This document shows, piece by piece, positions 45,706-56,395 of a stretch of 64,000 nt of DNA. Position numbers and translations under genes: made by a program. Every line of letters begins with the position of its first letter. The first letter of the stretch is position 1. The DNA lies in the NCBI GenBank assembly GCA_016198745.1, contig JACQHZ010000291.1, positions 819 through 64,818 of the forward strand. The letters are read 5' to 3'. This DNA is from Verrucomicrobiota bacterium (GTDB taxonomy: Bacteria > Verrucomicrobiota > Verrucomicrobiia > JABWAM01). The notes under the pieces were generated by a model, which saw nothing but the letters and a program-made list of their open reading frames with translations, searched no databases and was not told where the DNA came from.

Positions 45706-47424
45706 TCAGAAATCAAGCAAGTAAGGTGAATTTCCTCCTCGACTGATATCGATAAGCCATGCTTGCAGCTCTCCGGACTTCTTAGCCGCAACGTGTCCAT
45801 CTACAAACAGAACGTTGTCGATTCCGCCGTGCCGGCCTGGAAAATAAGTATTGTAAGTGGGAAGATTTTTCAGTGTAAAGTAGCCGTAGTCCGGAGTTGT
45901 CAGATACGCCTGGTCCGCGGCCAGGACGCTTCGGCTCGAATCTGCTATTTGGGATAGCTTGGCGGGAGGGTATTGACCGGGGTTGGTCCAGGGAGGCGTC
46001 TGGCCGTTGGCCGGCCAAGCGCATGGTCCATAGAAAAGGACTCCGTAGGTGTAATACCTCAGGGACGTGACCTGTTTCGTAACAGGACAGTATAGAATGC
46101 TGGTTGGCCTGGTATAATCTGCTCCGAAAGGTTTCAGATATTCTCCAAAAAGTTTCGCGGGCACCTCGGTTCCGTTCGAGATTGGAGGAAAGGATTCGTT
46201 GTTGTCCTGAGCATACATGTTAACAACCATCCCAAGTTGCTTCAAATTGTTCATGCAGGCAATGCCCCTGGCCTGATCGCGCGCCTTTTTTAGCGCCGGA
46301 GATAATAAGGCCGCCAGAACGGCAATGATTGCGATAACGACGAGTAATTCGATAAGTGTGAATGCGGTTGCGCGGCGACCGTTTCTATTGCCGACGGCAG
46401 CGGGTTCCAACTGCGGGGTGGATTGATCGGCGGGACAGGATTGTTCAGCCCGACAAGCCGGGGTTGATTCGCGAACGATGAGGGATACCGGCAAGATGAT
46501 GTTGTCAACGTTTCCGACGGACATCAATTGCATGAGACTCGATGCGGCGCGTCGACCGATTTCCTGTTTGGGCGGGGCGATCGTCGTGAGGCGGGGTCTG
46601 ATGACGGTGGCAATGGGCATGTCGTTGAATCCGGTGATTGCCAGATCCCGAAACGGGTCAAAGCCGAGGTCGATGGTGGCGGCAATGATCCGGGCCGCCA
46701 GATCGTCACTAAAGGCGAACACGGCCAAAGGGCGTTCTCGTTGCAAGAGCACCCTGAACGTATCAACGTTCCAGTCCATCGCCCAATGTCCCTGAAACGG
46801 AAGGCCATGATCGCGCAACGCCTTCCGGTAGCCGAATGATCGAGCTTGTCCGAACGGGCCCCGCCCGCCGCCAATGTAATAGATTCGACGATAACCGCAT
46901 TGAATCAGATGCTCAACAGCCAGAAAGGCGCCGTGTACATTGTCAAACCCCACATAGGGGCCGGGAATCCCCCGGATGGGTGCGGTCACAAACACCGTAG
47001 GAATCCTTTTCTGGGATAGTTCCTGATAAAGGCTTGGCGGAAACGCATGGTGGGGCACAATCAATCCATCCACTTGTCTCTCCAACAGGACCCGCACGGC
47101 TTTCGCAAGGATGGGCGTCGATGTGGGAACCAGACGAATCAGGAGTCCATGGTCATGGTCATCCAGCACCTGCTCGATGCCCTGCAGGATGTCGGAGAAG
47201 AACGAGGCGGTTAAGGTGGGCATGATGACGCCGACCAAAAACGATTTCCCCATTCGTAGGTTGCGGCCCAAAGGATTCGGTCGATACCCCAATTCGGCAA
47301 CCTTTTTCAGGATGCGTCGTTCGGTTCGCTTGCTGATCTGCCCACGCCGGTACAATGCACGGTCAATGGTTGCCCGGGAAACCCCTAAAGTGCGAGCCAA
47401 CTGGGAGGAGCCGATATTCATCAT
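45706..47424 (-). CDS. Fusion protein: LacI-family regulator (HTH plus PBP-like domain) fused in-frame to a pseudopilin-like TM helix and DUF1559 domain
   Basis: - N-terminus: [50 protein letters not shown], a LacI HTH.
- About 280 aa of PBP type-1 pattern.
- Linker NRNGRRATA.
- Then [24 protein letters not shown] and a DUF1559 domain ending [14 protein letters not shown].
- One continuous ORF of about 572 codons, first gene of its operon. Confidence 0.75.
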   Translation of the reverse strand: MMNIGSSQLARTLGVSRATIDRALYRRGQISKRTERRILKKVAELGYRPNPLGRNLRMGKSFLVGVIMPTLTASFFSDILQGIEQVLDDHDHGLLIRLVPTSTPILAKAVRVLLERQVDGLIVPHHAFPPSLYQELSQKRIPTVFVTAPIRGIPGPYVGFDNVHGAFLAVEHLIQCGYRRIYYIGGGRGPFGQARSFGYRKALRDHGLPFQGHWAMDWNVDTFRVLLQRERPLAVFAFSDDLAARIIAATIDLGFDPFRDLAITGFNDMPIATVIRPRLTTIAPPKQEIGRRAASSLMQLMSVGNVDNIILPVSLIVRESTPACRAEQSCPADQSTPQLEPAAVGNRNGRRATAFTLIELLVVIAIIAVLAALLSPALKKARDQARGIACMNNLKQLGMVVNMYAQDNNESFPPISNGTEVPAKLFGEYLKPFGADYTRPTSILYCPVTKQVTSLRYYTYGVLFYGPCAWPANGQTPPWTNPGQYPPAKLSQIADSSRSVLAADQAYLTTPDYGYFTLKNLPTYNTYFPGRHGGIDNVLFVDGHVAAKKSGELQAWLIDISRGGNSPYLLDF

Positions 47425-48084
47425 GCGGGCACGTGCCCGTAATTTCACAGAATGACACATTGGCCAGTATTGTCAAGAGCATAGCTGAAAAAAAATTCCT
47501 CCTTACGTCCGGATTTGGGGGTGGCAAGACTTTTTTCTGGGTCGGTTTGGTCGCGCTTTTGAAGGAGCGTTGAGATTCGGTCTTGGAATTGGACATCGGG
47601 GATGAGCTTTCGGATTGGGGGTGGAACCTTTTCGATGTTGGCGTTGCCTGTCTGCCGTGCTCGGCACAGGCAGGCGACTCGATGAGTTCGCGGCGGACCA
47701 TGGCCACGTCGATTTGCGCGAAACGCGCTTCCAAGGTGGGTTGCCCGTTCAAGAGCACTTCCAGATGCTGGGGATTTTCCAGATTCTTTGCCAGGGGCGT
47801 ATCGGCGACCTGCCTGTGCGGCACGCAGACAGGTCATGGCCTGAAGCGTTCGGCTAATGCAGTGGTTGCCTGCCTGTGCGTGCCGCACGCAGACAGGCCG
47901 CTGCGGCGACGCGCGTCCGGCTCATCCAGATTCACCATCCCCGCCACGCGGATTGAGGGATCGAGCACGCGGAAGCAATTCTTGATCATCCAACTGACGC
48001 GCAACCCGTGCCCGATCACACCCAGCCGAAGCAGTTTGGATTTCATGATGCGAACTCTCCTCATTTCTGTTTCCGAAAAAACAC

Positions 48085-51000
48085 CTAACTTTTCGAACCC
48101 GGGGGCGAACCGGTCAATTCAAGAATCCAATCGATGATCCGCTGGCGCGTCTTGTCATAGTCAGCCCCCACCAGCTTGTTGCTGGCGGGAATGGCGTTCT
48201 GAATGAACATCTGGCGGACCTTTTCCAGATCGGCCGCAATTTCCGAGGCCCGTTTGGCGGCGGCGCCACCCGCCTTTTTCGCCCGGCGGATTTCCTTTTC
48301 CAGCAGATCGCAATACTTGAAGTCATCAATCCCCTCTCGCACCAGCTCCCAGCCGAGGCTGGTCACATATTGGCCGTCCATCATCGGCCAGTTCCAGAAG
48401 TAATCGCCAATCCCGTCCATCCCGTTATAGACGCTCAATACACAGCCGGGATCATGGTAATGCCACCACACCGATCCCTTGCAACGTTTGGCCCACATCA
48501 GGAAACCCGGTTCCCGACGGGAACGACCGGGAAAATGAGAGCTGTTGGGCATGTACTGCCAAAAAACGGCGCCTTCCGCCTGAATGGCGTTGCCTTCCAG
48601 TTCCGGATTGCCCACCCCCTTTACATAGCACCGGATGTCAATGCAGGACTTGAGCATTTCGATGCTATCGGTCGTGCAGGTGACAAAGGTCCGGCAATGC
48701 GGAACCGTCTTGATCAACTCGTAAATCCGTTTTGCTTTTTTACGCAGATCCAGCGCATTCGGTTCGTCCACCGCATAAAAAAGCATCTCGGGATATTCCT
48801 TGCCAGCCAACTGTTCCTTGACGTAACGGGTGCATTCCACAATGGTTTTTTCATCATCGGGAGTCAATTTGTAGTCGGGTTCCCTGATGTTGAATGGCAA
48901 AGCCGGAACCGTATATTGCCCACTGAAGAAGGGATGCGTCAGCCCGTATTTTTGGGCCAGCTTGATGCGGTCCTCAGTGATCTTGAGCGGTTTTTTCTCA
49001 CGCGCCTTGCCGACAAGATCGGGTTCCAACTGGATTTCAACGGCATTCATGCCGTGTTCCCGCATGTCGCTCAGGTGTTTTTCGGCGGCAGCCGGGTTGC
49101 CGGGCCAGGAGAAGTATTGTATCCAGGTAATCTCCGCGGGATCAGACAATTTGAACGGCAGGACCTCCAGTGTCAAAGGAACCGCCTTGCCCCCCACCGT
49201 GACCGTTCCCGAGTATTGGCCGGCTTTGGCTGAATCCGGCGCCTTGACTGTAATCCAAAGCCCGCGACATTCCCCCTTGAAAACTTCCTCCAGCGTACTC
49301 GCCGGCTTCAGAAAAATGGGTTTGATCGCATGGGCGCTTTCCTTGACGCTCTTGGCGATCTGTTTCGGGTAGGCGGTTTCCAGCAACAGGCGGTTGAACC
49401 GCGCGAGTTCCTCGTCGGTCAGCACGAGGTCCACGATATGGCGTTTCAGCAGTTCGTTCAGTTCCTGGTCAAAACCCAAACCTTCCCATGCCGATTTGTC
49501 CTCCCGGTTGTACAGCTTGTCGTTTTTAAGGACCCTTCCGTTCAACTCGCTGACCAATTTATCCTGGAGTTCCCCCTCCAGTTTCTGGCTGGGTTCCCAT
49601 TTTTGCAGGCCGGCCTGGAGATCCTCACTCAGAAGATTCCAAACCTGTTTTCCCGGCGAGGATTTCGGCGCCGCGGCATCAACCTTCAACATCTTGATCC
49701 ATCCGGGCCAATCCTCCATATCCGTTTTACTGAAGTTGGAGCCACCGGGCTTCCACTTGAAACGCATGTATCCAATGTCATAGACTGCGATGTCCTTGGC
49801 GGCCACCAGGACGCTTCCCGCCGCATCCTTCAGGTCGCTGATGGAAACCGGAATTTCCAACTGGTCCCGAAGCGGATAAACCCCCAGGAAAACGGGTTCA
49901 TACTCGCCGGGCGTGGCCCGCAGGGAAAGCGTCTTGACCCGTTCCGATTCGTCCGGCACGGTTTCGGGAAACACCGGCCCGACATACTGGCTCCCTCCCG
50001 TGCAACTGCGGGTGAAAAGCGCAAAGCCGCGCGTCGTCTCGTCCGTGTCCGGCGCCAGCGGTTTGGCCGGCGGTTCTGCGATTGACATGCGCGCCGTCCA
50101 TGGTTTGCTGGTCCGACTCTTGGCCAGAAAAATCTGCGCTTCATCCAGGTCAGCCTGCGTGATCGCCTTCAGCCGGTCAGCCGCCGGGTAAACCACCAGC
50201 GAATGGCAGATCCACCCCAGGTAAAACGAGCTGGTCTGAGGCAATGACTTGAAACGAACCCGCAACACCCCGTCCGTCACCTTCCCGCGCAGGGTGATGG
50301 GCGCGATCACGTTGTACGGCTGGGGGCACCGGATGGCAAACGGCTTGCCATCGTTGACTGAAATCTCGAAATGCGGACCACTGCTGATCAACAGCCGCAC
50401 GAAATAGTCGCCGTTGGGCGCATCCACCCGGAACGCATGGTCGGCTTCTTTGGCCGCATTCAACTTCACAAAAATAAAGTCATCGGAAAGCGCGTTGCCG
50501 CTGATCCCCCAGTCTTTTCCAAACTCCACTCCGGAAGAAAGACCCTGGACGGATTCAAAGCCGAAACCCCGTTCATGGCGGTAAAGAGTGGCCGGCGTAA
50601 CCTGGCGGTAGCCCTCGCGCACCGGGGACATCAGCCCGCCGAAATCAAACGCCGCCGTAAACTCGTAACCGCGCGGGCCGCTCTTTTCCACCGGCGGTTT
50701 CAACGTCTTGAGGTCCAGATTTTCGAGACTCACCCCGTTCACCAGCGCGACCAGCGGTCCCGGCTCATTCACCGTAAAACTGAGCGCCACCCGGTAAGGA
50801 CCATTGGTCGAGGCCACAAAATCCGATTCGAAACGCCGCCAACCCGGTTCCTGCACTGCCTCATAAACAAGAAAAAAATCGCGAGCGATCTTGCCGTTCC
50901 GCACCGGGTCCACGCTGATCAGCAACGTGCTGCCTTTGCCGATGTTGCACCATGCGGCCAGGCGGCAGGCATCACCGGTCTTGAGTTCCACATCCTGGTA

Positions 51001-51441
51001 GAGTGTTACGTGCTGTTCGGTCTCCACCCGCAAAGCCGGTTTGCTCTTGGATTCCGCGGGCAGATCATTCGTTTCAACTGAAATCACCACGGGTTTTCCA
51101 GCCTTGAAACTTTCCACCGCCCAACCCCCCGGTATTCGCAACTGAACATTTGTGGTCGCGGGGTCCGGGTTGATCGTCTCCCATCCTCCCGCAAAATCCC
51201 CGTTCTTCAAAAGCGATCCCTCCGCCCGGACTTCGCTGAAAACCCCGAGGACAAGTAAAATTACGTTAAATATTCGGATGATTTGAGTTGCTTGCAAAAT
51301 TCTGTGGAGGCGCTTCTGTGAAGCGCCGTCTAGCGGAAGTCTGCGCTTCACAGAAGCGCAGCTACATTTTGCGGCGGAGTTTTGCAAGAGGCTCATTTGT
51401 TTCATGTTCTTTTTCCTTCCTGATTTTGAAGTTTTTATCAT
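48085..51441 (-). CDS. Large secreted hypothetical protein (about 1100 aa), candidate CAZyme
   Basis: Uninterrupted ORF. A hydrophobic signal-like segment IIRIFNVILLVLGVFSEVRAEG lies about 50 codons into the table ORF. The true start is uncertain and may be TTG near 51297; see the inverted repeat at 51310-51359. No catalytic motif recognised. Confidence 0.6.
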   Translation of the reverse strand: MIKTSKSGRKKNMKQMSLLQNSAAKCSCASVKRRLPLDGASQKRLHRILQATQIIRIFNVILLVLGVFSEVRAEGSLLKNGDFAGGWETINPDPATTNVQLRIPGGWAVESFKAGKPVVISVETNDLPAESKSKPALRVETEQHVTLYQDVELKTGDACRLAAWCNIGKGSTLLISVDPVRNGKIARDFFLVYEAVQEPGWRRFESDFVASTNGPYRVALSFTVNEPGPLVALVNGVSLENLDLKTLKPPVEKSGPRGYEFTAAFDFGGLMSPVREGYRQVTPATLYRHERGFGFESVQGLSSGVEFGKDWGISGNALSDDFIFVKLNAAKEADHAFRVDAPNGDYFVRLLISSGPHFEISVNDGKPFAIRCPQPYNVIAPITLRGKVTDGVLRVRFKSLPQTSSFYLGWICHSLVVYPAADRLKAITQADLDEAQIFLAKSRTSKPWTARMSIAEPPAKPLAPDTDETTRGFALFTRSCTGGSQYVGPVFPETVPDESERVKTLSLRATPGEYEPVFLGVYPLRDQLEIPVSISDLKDAAGSVLVAAKDIAVYDIGYMRFKWKPGGSNFSKTDMEDWPGWIKMLKVDAAAPKSSPGKQVWNLLSEDLQAGLQKWEPSQKLEGELQDKLVSELNGRVLKNDKLYNREDKSAWEGLGFDQELNELLKRHIVDLVLTDEELARFNRLLLETAYPKQIAKSVKESAHAIKPIFLKPASTLEEVFKGECRGLWITVKAPDSAKAGQYSGTVTVGGKAVPLTLEVLPFKLSDPAEITWIQYFSWPGNPAAAEKHLSDMREHGMNAVEIQLEPDLVGKAREKKPLKITEDRIKLAQKYGLTHPFFSGQYTVPALPFNIREPDYKLTPDDEKTIVECTRYVKEQLAGKEYPEMLFYAVDEPNALDLRKKAKRIYELIKTVPHCRTFVTCTTDSIEMLKSCIDIRCYVKGVGNPELEGNAIQAEGAVFWQYMPNSSHFPGRSRREPGFLMWAKRCKGSVWWHYHDPGCVLSVYNGMDGIGDYFWNWPMMDGQYVTSLGWELVREGIDDFKYCDLLEKEIRRAKKAGGAAAKRASEIAADLEKVRQMFIQNAIPASNKLVGADYDKTRQRIIDWILELTGSPPGSKS
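51310..51359. terminator. Perfect 17-bp inverted repeat (GCGCTTCTGTGAAGCGC, 16-nt loop, GCGCTTCACAGAAGCGC); stem-loop, possible terminator/attenuator
   Basis: Seen directly in the sequence. It lies about 100 nt downstream of the stop of gene 51461..55401 on the minus strand. A weak U-run (AAUUUUG) begins 9 nt after the stem on the minus-strand RNA. Confidence 0.35.
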
Positions 51442-51460
51442 GAGATTGATTTTGCCGGAA

Positions 51461-54400
51461 TCAGTTATTTTTAACCTCCGGCTGATAGAACTGGATAGAG
51501 TTAAACGAACCTTTCAGGCGGACGGCTTTATACCATCCCCCGGGAAACGCGATAAACCGTGGTCCTTCCAATTCCCCCTCGTGCATGGTCTGTTGGGGCA
51601 GGGCTTGCCACGTGAAACCGTCCGGGGAAACCTCGATCGTGTAGGAATGGGGATAGACACGAAAATCGTTGGTCATGTTTTCGATCCGGAAGGCCGGCGT
51701 GACGGCCACACCCGTCAAGTCCCGCGGTTCGGGGAACAAGATGGTCACCGGCTCATTGTCGGCGGGAAACCGGACATATTCATTGGTGTCGTAAACCACG
51801 CAGGCAACCGATGACCAGAAGTCATCGCAACCGGCCACACCCGTCTGGTTCTGAATCCCGCGCGCCAGGAGGGTGGTTCCATCCGGCGCCACATAGACTC
51901 CATCGCTGATGATCCGTCCTCCCTTCAAATCCAGCGGGGCGCCCACCGGCTTGGCTCCTTCCAGCAGGCCGATGGGACGGAAATCTCCACCACCTCCCTT
52001 GTCCTTTTCGGTGGGATCGACGCCCGTCATCGCCAACAGGATGGGCGATGCGAACCGCTTGATGAAAGGCGCCGTGAAGATGACCTTGACGATTTTCTTG
52101 TCCGGCTTGGGGTTGACCCATTCCGAAAAGTAAAGGAAGGCCGTTACGCCGGCCATGGTCTCCCCCTGCCAGGCCATGGTACCAGCCTTCATGGTTTTTA
52201 TGCCCCTGGGAGAATAATCCCATTTGGTGGGCAATCCATCCCAGTTGGCAATATTGATGTTGTACTTGATCTCCTCCTTGGCAAAGGTGTTGTCCTCGTA
52301 AACCATGAGATAATAGCCGGCCAGTTCCGCCCTGCGGACGTAATTTTGTCCCGGTCGTTCACTGAGCGTATGGAGAAAGAGCAGACTGGCTGCCTTGCGG
52401 TTGACCGGAATCTCCACCCGCGCGGGCAGGGTCCGGTCCACCAGACCAGGGTTTTGCACCATCACGCAACCGCGTCCCTTGTTTTGGCTTTCGTCAATGA
52501 TTTCAAAGGGGATGCCGCTGAAGTTGCGCTTGCCGGACATGAGGGCGCGCAAATCCATCTCTCGTCCCAAACCGAGCCAGCCGCCCTTTTCAACTCCCGG
52601 ATCCTCATCCTGGCGGCTGAGGTTTGCCGTAGATTGCAGGTCCACCGTAAAAAATTCCTTGGGACCCAACCGTCGACCAGGCAGGGCGATGTTATCAACC
52701 ATCTCGCGCACCAGCGGCAGACAGGCATCCTGAGCCGCGTCAAATTCAGGCGTTCCATTGACCATTTTGGATGGCGACCAGCCCATTTGAGCGGCGCCAG
52801 CGGCAATGGCCAGGTCAAATGGACCGTCGGAAAAGTTCATATAGTAGCCGCTCCAGGCCGGCGACTTGGCGTTCTCCGCCGACGGCATATTGCCGCGGAA
52901 TAATAAGAGGGGATATTTCAGCTTCTTGAGCCGATCAACCACCTCGTCATGCCAGACGTAGATGACCAAACGTTCAAAGAAGTTTTCCTTGGCCAGCAGT
53001 TCGGCCGCCTGGCGCCAGTCGTTTTGTTTGTCATCGGCATGGCTGATGCCCGCCACCCAGAAGGGGGAATCGTTCATGATGATGCGCTTGTTCCTGGCCG
53101 CCAGGTGGTCGCCAATTTTTTTCAAGGTTTCCACCCACAACTCCTGCCCGGCGAGCTTGCGGGCGCGACACCGTTCGCAGACATTCCATCGCGAACCATT
53201 ACCCAACTGCTGCATCTCGTCGCAGTTGATGTTGACCAAGTCGGAATTGCAATGCGCGGAGGCAGTGTCCAATACCTCAAAGTAACTTTTCCAGACCTCG
53301 GGATGGGATGGACAGGGGTTCTGCCGCCCGACACCGAGCTTGTCCAGCATTTCATCCGGCAGTCGTTCCACAAATTTTTCGGGATCAGGATTCCAGGCCC
53401 AGTTGAACTGAACACCGGGCGTCAGCTTGATAAAATACCGGTCCGCCATCGGCACAATGCCTTTGGCATATTCATCGAATTTACGGGCCGACTCCATGTT
53501 GACCAGGCCGATAAAGTTGTCGAAGTAGTTGTACTTGAGCCGCGCTAACGCCCGCACGAGCGATGGGTTCAGGCGCCGGTTGGCGACGATGTAACGGTAG
53601 GTTTTTTCCGGCCAATCCCGCACCTTGAAGCAAGGCACCGTCCATCCGCCATCGCGCCAGGCAACCGATTGCAAAAGACTCATGCACCCGTAAAATGTTC
53701 CCGCCGGGTCCCGGCCGGTGACCGTGACCCCGTCCTTTCCGACTTCGAGGACATAGCCTTCCAGTTTGTCCAGGGTGGCAGAATTTTCCTTCAATTCGAT
53801 GGCCGGCCCCGCTTTGGATTCCGCGATGGCGGCCTCAATGCCAAAACTGAGTTTGAGTTCCTCCTTGAGGACTTCCGCGGTGGCGCGCATTCGTGGTGAG
53901 GCATTGGCGGGGATGACAATGGAGACGTTCTTTCCCATTGGAAAGGCGCCCTTCTGCCGTTCAATTTCCTGCGGCACCGGAAAGATTCGCGGATCGAAAA
54001 CTTCCGGCAGCGCAATTTCCTTGGGATCGTTGTTGACGATTTTCCCCTGGTTCTGGCGGTAGGCTGTTTTGGTCGGGGTTTCCCCCCTCTTGAGCGGCCG
54101 CCCCCAAATCCGCGTCTCGCTCAGCCCCAAATATCCCCCACCGGTGAACGTGACATTGGCGCGAATCCAGCGCGCACTGGTATTCATGTCGCTGAATTCA
54201 GCCAGGGGTGCGGGATGGTATCCTTGTTGGTCAAACGTCACCAGGTCCTGGACCGTGTGAGTCATGACGTAGCGGCCGCCCGGGGATTTCAGATAGAGCG
54301 CGGCATTGGCCAGAGCGGGAGTGCCGGATAGCAGTTCGACCTTGTCGATGGCATATTCCATTCCCAAATCAAACACGATGTCATATCCGTTGTTTCCAAG

Positions 54401-55401
54401 CTGAAATATCGGCCAGCCCGCGGTGGGTCCCAGAATTCCATCCGTCAGGATGCCCTCCGTGAAGGAGATCCATCCCCCCACCCGCATCCCTTCCGCAAGA
54501 TTACGGTCCTCGAACGACAGGTAATACGGAAAATGAGCGGCAGTCGTGCCGGGTTCGTTGTACGTGTAGCGTCCACCGACCGATGCGTTCAGTTTCTCCA
54601 GCGAAGCGGGGGCATTTCCCGTCAGACAAAAGGTGCCTTCCTTGACCTTGTAAGAAGCCGCAATTTTGGATTGATCCACAACGTCAAAAATCAGTTCTCC
54701 CACGCTGATCACGTCGTCAAATCCGCCTCCGCTGGTGGTCCAACTGGAGAGTTCCGTGGCGCTTTTATGGCCATAATTTGAGCGCGCCAGGCGGATGGCC
54801 CACACATCCCCCCGCGCAGGAGTTTTCTGGTCCAGAGCGGCAAAGGGAATTTTGACTTCCACGATCCAGCCCCAATCATATTTCTTGCCGACCGCTTCCC
54901 AGTCCGCTTTGGGATTCCATTTTCGTCCTTGCCCCGCCATCATCCCGTCGTAACGGGAACCGGCGAGGTTGGCAACGAACTGGAACCATTCCTCGTTCTT
55001 CCAACTGTGTTGGGGTGAGAAATGAAACTCTGCGCAATCGCTCTGCCAAACGTCGTCGGTATCCTTGCCACAGGCGCCACCCAGCATGTCGCGATCTTCG
55101 GCGGCAAAAGCGAAATAAAGCGCCTCATCCGTGTAAACCACATAAGCCAGCATCTGTTCTTTCGTCGGGCGCGTCGTATTCGCCACCAGGTAGGGACCCG
55201 CGGGAGCGGCTTTGGACCAGCTTTCGTCATGAAGCGCGCCATCCAGGGCCGGCGCCTTTTCCACCCGCGGCGCGACAATGCGCCAAGGGCCCTTGCCGCC
55301 CGAACGCACAAAATCCTTCGTGCTCACATCCAACCCCTTCAGATGCCCCGCTGCCAGGATACCCATTCCCAACATGTAAACCCATCGGTTTATTTTAGTC
55401 A
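51461..55401 (-). CDS. Giant secreted GH20-like multidomain protein (CBM9-like N-terminus, GH20b-like domain, barrel, F5/8-type-C/discoidin-like C-terminal domains)
   Basis: Start MTKINRWVYMLGMGILAAG at 55401; the upstream 175 codons of the table ORF are junk. The GH20b-like motif is GYVLEVGKDGVTVTGRDPAGTFYGCMSLLQ. Where GH20 has H-x-GGDE, this protein has NCDEM. The C-terminus shows a discoidin-like pattern. Confidence 0.5.
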
Positions 55402-55410
55402 TAAAACACT

Positions 55411-56265
55411 TTACCGACTCGGAACGTTCGTGAGCAGAACAATTCCGATGGCAAGCAACAGGCCCATCATCTGCCGTTTGAGCAAGGACTCCTTCCACAG
55501 CAGCCGCGAGGCGAACACGTTCAGGCAAATCTCCAGACTCGCGAGCGTCGGATAGAACACCACGGCGGGGATGCGCGCCAGGCAGATCAGCACGAGCAGA
55601 AGCATGGAGGCGTTGACGAAGCCGATCGCGCCGCCGAGAGCGACGTCGCCCTTGGAATACTCGACGCGGCGGGCGAATGCGTAACTCAACGACGAAAGCG
55701 TCGCGAACGTGAACAAAAGCGTCATGTAAGTCTCGCGTTGCCCTACCGTGAAATGTATCTGGGCATACTTGTGGAGCGTCAGGATCGTACCCGCCATGGC
55801 GAAGCAGGTGAACAACACCAAATCGCCTCTCACGGTCACACGCGGATGCGATGACTCGCGCCGCCGCATCAGAATCATCGAGACGGGCACGAGCGCCAGC
55901 GCCACCCAGCGGTAAGGCGTCATGGTTTCGCCCCACGCAAGCCATGAGACCAGGACGGGCACGACGGTTCCCGCGCGGGACAGCGCCGCGGTGATTCCCA
56001 CGCCCACGATGCGGTAGGCGGCCAGAATGACGAGGATGTGCGCGAAGTAGAGAATGCCGTTCACGCCCGCGACCGCGATTACGTGCCCATCCAGCAACCG
56101 GCTCGGGCTAAGCCCGTGCGACAAGAAAATCATCAAGGAAGCACCGGCGGCGATGAGGTAGTTCACCACGATGGCGGCGAGAATGTTTGTGCCGTGCTTT
56201 TGCCCGTAGCGCAAGCACTGGTTGAAGCACACGCTGCCGACGACGGCGAGAAGCAGGAAGATCAT
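55411..56265 (-). CDS. EamA/DMT-superfamily transporter (10 TM)
   Basis: 284 aa, hydrophobic throughout, with two EamA-like halves. Confidence 0.75.
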   Translation of the reverse strand: MIFLLLAVVGSVCFNQCLRYGQKHGTNILAAIVVNYLIAAGASLMIFLSHGLSPSRLLDGHVIAVAGVNGILYFAHILVILAAYRIVGVGITAALSRAGTVVPVLVSWLAWGETMTPYRWVALALVPVSMILMRRRESSHPRVTVRGDLVLFTCFAMAGTILTLHKYAQIHFTVGQRETYMTLLFTFATLSSLSYAFARRVEYSKGDVALGGAIGFVNASMLLLVLICLARIPAVVFYPTLASLEICLNVFASRLLWKESLLKRQMMGLLLAIGIVLLTNVPSR

Positions 56266-56395
56266 GTCGGATGCTCGGCGTGGTCAGCCGCGCTTCTCAC
56301 GGGCGCGGCGGAGGTCGTCGAAAACCTGTTTCCACACCTTCTCGTCGTTTGAAAGAATGGCGCATCCATCCTGTTGAATAAACCGGGCGGGATTT

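Noticed and set aside
3027-55945. Hundreds of antisense or overlapping ORFs inside the large genes, for example 18868..19656, 19007..20617, 21532..22854, 24736..25950, 33299..34177, 37264..38271, 40620..41561, 48370..49233 and 56543..58072.
   Set aside because: These are shadow ORFs of GC-rich coding DNA. Their products are Arg/Ala/Pro-rich with no motifs, whereas the opposite-strand genes carry clear family signatures.
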